A stretch of 64,000 nucleotides of DNA, taken from NCBI GenBank assembly GCA_046757665.1, contig JBHHYO010000002.1, positions 1-64,000 of the forward strand, in the 5' to 3' direction. The notes beneath the pieces are model-generated. The model ran no database searches. It had not been told where the DNA came from and saw only the letters and a program-made list of their open reading frames with translations. The DNA is from Nitrospinales bacterium. GTDB lineage: Bacteria > Nitrospinota > Nitrospinia > Nitrospinales > JAJDAT01. How positions within the stretch are numbered: position 1 is the stretch's first letter; every line of letters starts with the position of its first letter. The translations under genes were made by a program, and so were the position numbers. This document shows, one piece after another, positions 50,333-57,882 of the stretch.

Positions 50333-51660
50333 TACCGCGGAATAATTCCCAGCTCGGTGCCGAACTTCTTGAAAGCCGACAGCACCCGGTCGAGGTCTTC
50401 CCGAGTATGGGAAGAGGTGTAACTGGAACGAATCATGGCATTGAGGGGGGGAACTACAGGGGATACCGCCACGCCCGCAAAAACTCCATCATTGAACAAA
50501 AGCTGGTTGAGATACAAAGTCAAGGCTTCGTCGCCAATCTTGATGGGAACGATGGGAACCTGATTGTTGTTGATCTGGAAACCCATCTCGAAAAATCCCT
50601 TTTTGATATAAGAGGTATTTTCATGCAACCGGTCGATGCGTTCGGTTTCCCGGCTCATAACGTCGAGGGCGGCGATCACTCCGGCAACCGACGCAGGCGG
50701 CAAGGCCGCCGTAAAAATAAACGCCGAGGCCTTGTGGCGGATAAACTCGGTGACCTTGGAATTGGCCGAAACGAAACCACCAATGGACCCCAGGCTCTTG
50801 GAAAAAGTCCCGACATAAATGTCGATTTCCTTTTCCAGGTCGAAATAACTTGTCAACCCTTTTCCACGGTCTCCCATAACGCCCAGCCCGTGAGCCTCAT
50901 CCACCAGAACGCTGGCCCCATAGTCTTTCGCCAGCTTGACGATGCCGGGAAGATTGGCCACATCACCGCTCATGCTGAACACACTGTCCGTAATAATCAG
51001 TTTGCCGTCAACATCGGCATACCTCTTCAGACAGTACTCCAGATGATCCATGTCATTGTGCCGATAGCGCACGGTCTTGCCCGGCGCAATGGCGCACCCC
51101 TCATAAATGCTGGCATGATTTTCGCGGTCCGAAAAAGCAATGTCCTTGCGTCCCAGCAAACACGAGATGGTCCCCTGATTGGCCTGGAATCCGGTGGACA
51201 TAACAATCGTGTCCTCGCGGCCGAGAAAATCCGACAACGTCTTTTCCAACGTCCTGTGCAGGGTAAGGGTGCCGTTGAGAAACCGACTGCCGGTACAACC
51301 CGCGCCGAATTTTTCCAGCGCCTTTGTCGCCGCGGCAATTACGCGGGGATCCTTGGTCAAGCCCAAATAATTATTGGTCGAAACGGTTATAACGTCCCTG
51401 CCTTCGATAACCACATGAGCGCCATCCATCTCCTCGGTCTCGCGGAAATACGGATAAATGCCCAAATCCTTGGCTTGATCGGGAGCGTCATAACTGAAAC
51501 ACTTGGAAAGAATGCCCTCGCCTTCCTTGGTCAGAAGCCGCAAGTGCGCATTCTCAAAATCGAACTTCTTCTTTAATAAAGAAATAATTTTGTCACGTTT
51601 CAGATGAGGCGGGGTGTCTTCCGGAGTTTCGTCCAGAACCGGCTGATGAAGATTTTTCAC
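50332..51660 (-). CDS. spt: Serine palmitoyltransferase-like alpha-oxoamine synthase
   Basis: YPYF, TNNYLGL, GCTGSRFLNGT, NHASI, DEAH, GTFSKS; heads the GNAT-reductase operon. Confidence 0.8.
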   Translation of the reverse strand: MKNLHQPVLDETPEDTPPHLKRDKIISLLKKKFDFENAHLRLLTKEGEGILSKCFSYDAPDQAKDLGIYPYFRETEEMDGAHVVIEGRDVITVSTNNYLGLTKDPRVIAAATKALEKFGAGCTGSRFLNGTLTLHRTLEKTLSDFLGREDTIVMSTGFQANQGTISCLLGRKDIAFSDRENHASIYEGCAIAPGKTVRYRHNDMDHLEYCLKRYADVDGKLIITDSVFSMSGDVANLPGIVKLAKDYGASVLVDEAHGLGVMGDRGKGLTSYFDLEKEIDIYVGTFSKSLGSIGGFVSANSKVTEFIRHKASAFIFTAALPPASVAGVIAALDVMSRETERIDRLHENTSYIKKGFFEMGFQINNNQVPIVPIKIGDEALTLYLNQLLFNDGVFAGVAVSPVVPPLNAMIRSSYTSSHTREDLDRVLSAFKKFGTELGIIPR

Positions 51661-52241
51661 GGCTTCGAAATTATCCTTTTAGGTTGGAGTTTAAATTTGA
51701 GAAACCAGGAGCTTCTCTGAAGGCTCGACAGACACGGTTTCTCAGGATCTTTTTCTATTCACCGGAAACTCTTTAATTATTTCCCAACGCAAATCACGCA
51801 AGGGTAACATTAAATGCCCGTTTTGACAAGCGAAACTATAAATTTTCGCAAATCATCGCTTAATTTAATTAAATTTAACTGCAACTCAAAAGCCGATTCG
51901 TTAACATTCCCGAAAACATCCAACTACAAATTTCCCTCCACGCCCCTTTTCCGGGCCGTTGAACAACGACTCAAAAATCATCTTCACCAAAAACCTGCCG
52001 CACTTTCAACGAAGCGACCCGGTTTGCGCCGCACTTTTTCCTTAACGGCATCTTGCCGCTATTTATGACCCCGCCCACGCAAGAACTTTCCGGCGCGGAG
52101 GTTTTATAAAACCCGCCAAGGGAGACTTATGAAATCCGAAGGCTTGTAAAGGAGCAGATGAAACGAGAAAGCGGCCGGGAAAAAACCGCGACACGAATCC
52201 GCGAAAGACCCGGACGCCAAACGGATAAGGCTGGCACGAAA

Positions 52242-52886
52242 TTAAAGTTTTTTGACCTGATTCTTGACCTGATAATAGCGGAAAAACGCGCCCATCATTA
52301 TAATAATCAACAGCGCCAAAACCATCAACGCCCCTTCCATGATAAGCGTCAAGGACAGAGGCATATTTTCCAGAATCCATACGACAATTTGATGCAACCC
52401 ATACCAGGAGTCGGGGTCGCTAAGCCAGGCCTGGAGCGCCGTACCCTGAAACAGGTAATTAAACGCAACGATAAGAGGAAACTCGGTCCACGTGCCGCTT
52501 TGCAACCAGAGAAACCCTTGATACCCCAGCAGGAAAAATCCGGAAAAAAATACCAGCGACGCCGACACAACGGCTATCCCGCCGACAAAGCCAAGAAAAA
52601 AATCCAGCGGCGTCAGCTTTCGCACAATTTCTTTAGACTCCGCCCAGCCTTTCAGGGCCATTTGTTTCGCGCGGATTTTCAGACGTTCCTTCAGCTCCAC
52701 GCAAACCAGTATCGCAGGCTCAACCCAATGGGTTATCTCCGCGATCCAGCGGGAACCATTGAACCCTCTTTCATAAAATTTTCTTTCCGACATGGGATTG
52801 CCCTCCCCGTATTTGGAAACCGCGGGATTGCGGCTTTTTAACCTGGATCTTTCTTTTCGGTGGCGGTTCATCATTTCTCTACTCAA
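52242..52886 (-). CDS. Hypothetical membrane protein
   Basis: Multiple hydrophobic helices; start uncertain (may be 52793). Confidence 0.6.
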   Translation of the reverse strand: MSREMMNRHRKERSRLKSRNPAVSKYGEGNPMSERKFYERGFNGSRWIAEITHWVEPAILVCVELKERLKIRAKQMALKGWAESKEIVRKLTPLDFFLGFVGGIAVVSASLVFFSGFFLLGYQGFLWLQSGTWTEFPLIVAFNYLFQGTALQAWLSDPDSWYGLHQIVVWILENMPLSLTLIMEGALMVLALLIIIMMGAFFRYYQVKNQVKKL

Positions 52887-53065
52887 CCTGCTCCTCTCGA
52901 CCGGAGCAAACGATCATGATCCAATCCATTTACAAGTATAGAACCATTATCATTATTTTCAACAAAAAGCATCTGCTTTATAAAATCCCGCTTTCAACTC
53001 CATACCGGGAACTGTGCCGGCCCGCAGGCCGGAAATATAAATTTAATCAAATTTAAACAATATTA

Positions 53066-53093
53066 TTGACATTTATTTAAAAATATCTATACT
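53066..53093 (+). promoter_or_regulatory. Near-consensus sigma70 promoter with no convincing downstream CDS
   Basis: TTGACA-16 nt-TATACT in an AT-rich context. Confidence 0.6.
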
Positions 53094-53099
53094 ATATAC

Positions 53100-53190
53100 A
53101 GATTGTATGTCCTCCTGTATTTGGACCCGCTTGTTTGGCCTCCTTCCCCCCCTGACAAGCGGGTCTACCTATTTGTAACCCCAAATTTTT
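53100..53190 (+). ncRNA. Candidate small RNA
   Basis: 11-bp perfect stem GACCCGCTTGT/ACAAGCGGGTC with a C/U-rich loop, downstream of the orphan promoter. Confidence 0.4.
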
Positions 53191-53239
53191 CAAACCGTAA
53201 TGCCCCTGTTTGCCAAAACCGGCAACGCTTTGGCAATCA

Positions 53240-55294
53240 TCAGCGGGGGCTGGCGGCGATGTTGCCGCCGTCAACGGTGATTACGCTTCCGGTGGTCTTT
53301 TCCGCCAGGGCAAGGTGCAAAAATCCCTCGGCCACGTCGGTATCGTAAACTTCCCGCGCCAGCAGGTTGTTCTTAAAATATTCATCGGCCTTCAAACCCC
53401 GCGCGCCGGCCCGCTCGGCGATAACCCGCGGCGAAAACAGGCCCGTCCGAACCCGGTCCGCGTTCACGGCATTCGACCGGACGCCCTCCTTGCCGTAGTC
53501 CAAGGCATATTGCTTGGCCAGGGCGACCACGGCGGCCTTGGGCAGGGCGTAGGGACCGAAGTCCTTGCCCGGATTGAAAGCCGCCTTGGAAGCGTTGAAC
53601 AATAAAACGCCGCCGGTTTTTTGCGCCAGAAAAATCCCGACCGCCCGCGCCGCCAGGCTCTGGTGAGCGAAAAAATTCAGATCGAAACTTTTCCGCAACA
53701 CCGCGCCGTCCAGTTGCCCGATCCTCCCCTGAACCGCGTTGCCGGCATTGGATATCAGAATGTCCAGCCCCCCGTAAGCCGTTACCAGTTGGTCGAACGA
53801 CTCCGCAACGGCTTCCTCATCGGTAACGTCGAGGACACAGGTCGTGACGCCGACGGCGGATTCCTCTTCGATGGTTTGCCGCGCCGCGACGAGCCTGGCT
53901 TCGTCCCGGTCCACCAGAAACAGGTTGGCGCCGTTTTTGGCGAACAGCCGGGCGGTGGCCAATCCGATCCCCGATGCCGCGCCCGACAGATAAACCACCC
54001 TCCCCTGAAGTTTCGCCGGCTTGCTCTTGCCCAGTTTGGCCTGCTCCAGCGACCAGTATTCCATGTCAAACAGATCGGCATCGTCGAGCGGCGCAAAACT
54101 TCCCACGCGGAACGCCTTTCGCACGGTGTCGATGGTGTGCTCGTAAATGTCCGCGGCAATACGGGTTTCCTTCGTCGTTTTCCCAAGAGTCAACAGCCCC
54201 AGCCCGGCGACGAGAACGACCCGCGGCAAGGGGTCCAGCTCCTTCTTGTCAACCCCCTTGGCTTCCCGGTTGGACATAAAGTACCGGTGATAATTTTTAA
54301 TGTAACTCTCCAGGGCGGCGGCAATCTCCTGCCGCAATGCTTCCTCATCGTCCAGCGACTGCGGATTCAACAGCAACGGTTTTTGCTTGGTGCGAATCAC
54401 GTGATCCGGCGTCGCCGTGCCGATTTGCGACCAGACGGCGCACTCCTTGCTGGAAGCGAAATCCCGTGCCGCCTCGCTTTGCCGATGATGCGCCACCCAG
54501 GACGCCCCCGACTGTTTCCGGTACAAGCCGCGCAACAACGGGCCGATTTTTCGCAGGATTTCCCCCGCGTCGGCGGAAGCAACCGAAATGGGCGTCAGCT
54601 TCTTCTCCGCCTTGCCGGCAATATATTTCTCCGCCCGCGCCACCGCCTCGATGTGGTAGTCATAACTTTCCCGGGCGGTTTCGGCAAACGTGAACAATCC
54701 GTGATTGATCAGCACCAGGCCCTTGACGCCGGGATTTTTCTCATAAGCCTCGGCGGCGGCCTTGGCGAGGGCAAACCCCGGCATGATGTAAGGCACAACC
54801 CCCAGAAAATCGCCGAACACCTCCCGGCACAGCGCCTCGGCGTTCGGCTGGTTGGCGAGAACCAGAATCGCGTCGGCGTGGGAGTGGTCGACGAACTTGT
54901 GCGGCAGAAAAGCGTGCAACAGCGTTTCCACCGAGGGATTCGGCGACTTGGCGTCCAGCAAGTGAGTGCGCTGGTCGTTGACCATGGCCTCGTCACTGAG
55001 ACTGCCCAGCTTTCTGAGCTTCAGCAGGTAATCGAGTTCGACCCCCGGCAAGCCCGGCGGTTCCAGAGTGTCCAGGTCCCAGCCGCTACCCTTGACGTAA
55101 AGCGCCCGCACCTCTTCCCCCACCCGGTTTTCGATCACCGACTTTACCGAGGTATTGCCGCCGCCATGTAGCACCAGAGCGGGGTCCGAACCGATCAGCC
55201 GGGACGTGTACACCCGCAGAGCGATGTCCTCGGAATAATCGGCGTATTTTTTCTTGAAAGCCTCTGCTTCTTCATCTTTCCATCGATTTTGCAT
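53240..55294 (-). CDS. Bifunctional class II aldolase/short-chain dehydrogenase (RhaEW/YuxG-like)
   Basis: LHGGGNTSVK, PSVETLLH, HSHAD, TPDHVIRTK, FDMEYWSLEQAKL, SGAASGIG. Confidence 0.9.
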   Translation of the reverse strand: MQNRWKDEEAEAFKKKYADYSEDIALRVYTSRLIGSDPALVLHGGGNTSVKSVIENRVGEEVRALYVKGSGWDLDTLEPPGLPGVELDYLLKLRKLGSLSDEAMVNDQRTHLLDAKSPNPSVETLLHAFLPHKFVDHSHADAILVLANQPNAEALCREVFGDFLGVVPYIMPGFALAKAAAEAYEKNPGVKGLVLINHGLFTFAETARESYDYHIEAVARAEKYIAGKAEKKLTPISVASADAGEILRKIGPLLRGLYRKQSGASWVAHHRQSEAARDFASSKECAVWSQIGTATPDHVIRTKQKPLLLNPQSLDDEEALRQEIAAALESYIKNYHRYFMSNREAKGVDKKELDPLPRVVLVAGLGLLTLGKTTKETRIAADIYEHTIDTVRKAFRVGSFAPLDDADLFDMEYWSLEQAKLGKSKPAKLQGRVVYLSGAASGIGLATARLFAKNGANLFLVDRDEARLVAARQTIEEESAVGVTTCVLDVTDEEAVAESFDQLVTAYGGLDILISNAGNAVQGRIGQLDGAVLRKSFDLNFFAHQSLAARAVGIFLAQKTGGVLLFNASKAAFNPGKDFGPYALPKAAVVALAKQYALDYGKEGVRSNAVNADRVRTGLFSPRVIAERAGARGLKADEYFKNNLLAREVYDTDVAEGFLHLALAEKTTGSVITVDGGNIAASPR

Positions 55295-55382
55295 ATCAGG
55301 AAAATAGCAAAACTCCGCATAAACTTAAAGATAAAAGCGGGGACGATGAAAACCGCCCGCCTGACCGAGCTCGCCCGCATTC

Positions 55383-55413
55383 CTGTCATGGTGAGCCCGT
55401 CGAACCATGACAG
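55383..55413. repeat. REP-like palindrome (GTCATGGTGAGCCCGTCGAACCATGAC)
   Basis: Self-complementary; same family as CCCTTCGACAGACTCAGGG at 19192-19210. Confidence 0.7.
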
Positions 55414-55415
55414 CA

Positions 55416-56048
55416 CCTGACTGGAGCCGGTTTTCGCAGAAAAAAAATTTTGAAAAAACGAGGAACGAAATAGTCTAAATGACAGGTTATAAACCCGGAA
55501 AACCCTTGTCATGCAACCGGTTTTCCAGCTCTCCCGTCAGGTAAAAAATCAACGATTTTCGCGGCAAAACGGCCCAAAAACCGGATCGAATTTTTCCTTG
55601 TATCCATATGACTTTAAATAACTTGTAAAGACAGGTTTTGGCATGTCGAACCCCGCCATTTGAAGATTAAAATTTACAATACCGAAATCACCACGGAGTC
55701 ACAGAGACACACAGAAAAGCCCCCTTCAAGGAGAGACCTTTGCATAAGTGTACTGGTTTGATTGTCATTGCGAGGCGGCTCAGCCGACGAGGCAATCCAG
55801 AAAGGACCATTCCCACCGGGCGTGGCCCGGCTGGATCGCCACGCCGCCGATGGCGGCTCGCGATGACACCGAAGTTGATTTCCATGGCGTGGTGGCGCGG
55901 ACTTTCCAGTCCGCGCATGGGCAGGCTGGAAAGCCTGCCCCACCATTTCAGGGCCACCGCAGGGAACAGACATGTCTGTTCCCTGCTTCCCGCGGTCTCC
56001 CGTCTCCGGGTTTTATCCCCCTACATATAGCGCGAAATACAGGTATGC
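55416..56048 (-). repeat. ~633-bp non-coding dispersed element, copy B
   Basis: Inverted homolog of 18928-19542. Confidence 0.85.
55764..55867 (+). repeat. 104-bp palindromic REP-like cassette
   Basis: Near-identical to 19002-19105. Confidence 0.9.
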
Positions 56049-56187
56049 AACCGCGCAACCCTTTTCAATCCTGCGGGTTAAAAAAATAATGGGAGAGGCG
56101 CCGGGCGAAATATTTCGTCATCGCCTTGAGCCGTCGGAGAATAGACTTTTTCCCCCGGCGCTACTGGAAGTATTTTATACTGCCGTC

Positions 56188-56259
56188 ATGAAAGTCTGTA
56201 TCCATCGAGGGACACAGGAGATCGGCGGCGCCTGCACTGAGCTTGAGAAAGAGAAATAA
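56188..56259 (+). pseudogene. N-terminal relic of an MBL-fold/RNase J-like hydrolase
   Basis: MKVCIHRGTQEIGGACTEL resembles the HRGxxEIGGxC N-terminus of that family; stops after 23 aa. Confidence 0.65.
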
Positions 56260-56261
56260 TA

Positions 56262-57503
56262 ATGGTTGAAGATAGCTCCAGGACAAGCAAAAGAAGTCTT
56301 TGGGTCAATATCTGCGTGTTCAGCTTCAGCCTCTTTATTTCCTTGTTCCTTGCGGAGATGGCGGTAAGAACGCTCAGGCCGGATTTAAAATATTTGGTCC
56401 AAAGCCAGTTTGAAGAAAACAGATTCCGAATTCACGCCAATATCAAGAATACCGCGGGGTTTTATCCTCATCCCGATTCCGGGAAAAACCATATGGTAAG
56501 GCACAATTCGCTGGGCTTGCGGCAACACAGAGAGTTTGACCGCAACAAACCGGCCCAAACCACCCGCATCGGTTTCTTTGGTGATTCCTTCACCGAAAAT
56601 GTTCGTATGCCGGTACAGTACTCCTTTACGGAACCTTTGGACTTCCTTCTCAATCGGACAGGCAAGGCTTTTGAAGTCCTGAATTTCGGCACGGATGGCT
56701 ACGGCACGGATCAGGTTTATCTGCAATATATGGAAGAGGGCAAAAAATCAAATTTGGACTTCGTCGTCTATTTATATTGTGAAAACGATTTGCGGGATAT
56801 TTTGGCGAACAAGCTGATAGATATCGACGAAAAGGGAAACATCAAATACATTCCGGCATTGCCCTCGGGCCTTTTTGTCTCAACCGTGAAAAAATTTTAC
56901 CTTACCTACCTCTTGCTGGAGGCGCTACTCAAATGGAATGTGGTGAAAGATAATTTCCTCAATGAGCGGTTGGACCCAAACAAAATCCGGGACGCTACAG
57001 ATCATCAGGAAGAGGGAAGGCGCAAGTACGAGGCGCTGGCCAGACAACTGGAACAGGACCCGGAGAATCCGGAATTGAAACACGCGCTGAAAATATTTTC
57101 CGCTCTGATGCAAGCAATGAAAAAGGAAAGCGAATCGAATTCATCGCGGTTGTACGTGGTTCTCTTTCCCGGATACAAATCAAACAACAAGGGCGTCCAC
57201 AACCAGAAAATCACAAAGGTTCTTGAGGGCCTCGGGATTGACGTTTTAGACCTTTTCCCTGTATTCCGGCAAACGGAAAACCGTCATCGACTCAATCTCT
57301 ATTTCAAAAAAGACAACCATTGGAACGAGGAAGGAAACAAAATAGCCGCGGTGGAGATATTCAAATTTCTCGCCGAAAAACTCGGATTGGTTTTTGCGGG
57401 CGACGCCTTCATAAAGGAAGGACTGAACGAATATTACAGCTCCTTCCCGCCGGTTGCAATCAGCGATGTATGGCTTCAAAAAAAACCGTTGCGGACAACT
57501 TGA
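56262..57503 (+). CDS. Membrane-anchored SGNH/GDSL hydrolase
   Basis: N-terminal TM helix; FGDSFTE, NFGTDGYGTDQ, END, DNHWN. Confidence 0.85.
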   Translation: MVEDSSRTSKRSLWVNICVFSFSLFISLFLAEMAVRTLRPDLKYLVQSQFEENRFRIHANIKNTAGFYPHPDSGKNHMVRHNSLGLRQHREFDRNKPAQTTRIGFFGDSFTENVRMPVQYSFTEPLDFLLNRTGKAFEVLNFGTDGYGTDQVYLQYMEEGKKSNLDFVVYLYCENDLRDILANKLIDIDEKGNIKYIPALPSGLFVSTVKKFYLTYLLLEALLKWNVVKDNFLNERLDPNKIRDATDHQEEGRRKYEALARQLEQDPENPELKHALKIFSALMQAMKKESESNSSRLYVVLFPGYKSNNKGVHNQKITKVLEGLGIDVLDLFPVFRQTENRHRLNLYFKKDNHWNEEGNKIAAVEIFKFLAEKLGLVFAGDAFIKEGLNEYYSSFPPVAISDVWLQKKPLRTT

Positions 57504-57865
57504 AAAAAAACATCGCACTTAGATACCTGGAGCTGGAACCTGAGGCCATGACGGTGTATAGCGAATTGATCGCGTCAAACAAAGACTCGGCTCCAGTCTA
57601 TGCCAGACTGGGAAATGCCTACTATTCCAGGGAAATGTATGATCGAGCCATCGAGGATTATAATAAAGCTCTTGCATTGGACCCGGAGGCCCTTGCCACT
57701 TACAACAATCGCGGCATGAGCTATTTGCGTTCAAATAACCTTCATATGGCGGTTTTGGATTTTAAGAAGGCATGTGATTCCGGTATTCAAGCCGCATGTA
57801 AAAATCTTGAAATGGTCGTTCAGGGGATTAAAAACAAGAGCAAAAGGAATGCCATTCCCCACTGA
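57470..57865 (+). CDS. TPR-repeat protein (possibly the frameshifted C-terminus of the SGNH protein)
   Basis: YARLGNAYY..YDRAIEDYNKALALDP, YNNRG, DFKKACDSG. Confidence 0.7.
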   Translation: MASKKTVADNLKKNIALRYLELEPEAMTVYSELIASNKDSAPVYARLGNAYYSREMYDRAIEDYNKALALDPEALATYNNRGMSYLRSNNLHMAVLDFKKACDSGIQAACKNLEMVVQGIKNKSKRNAIPH

Positions 57866-57882
57866 ACGCTTTCGAGAAAAAC

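Noticed and set aside
50332-51660. BioF/Kbl annotation
   Set aside because: GSRFLNGT and GTFSKS motifs with GNAT-reductase context favour Spt; no bio genes nearby
53103-53348. 81-aa ORF downstream of the orphan promoter
   Set aside because: TTG start, no motifs, and it overlaps the aldolase gene antisense; the RNA interpretation is preferred
53621-55171. 516-aa plus-strand ORF (and 50284-51576, 430 aa)
   Set aside because: Antisense shadows of the aldolase/SDR and spt genes
18928-56048. Composite transposon or integrative element call
   Set aside because: No transposase, integrase, clear TIR or target duplication found; kept only as a hypothesis
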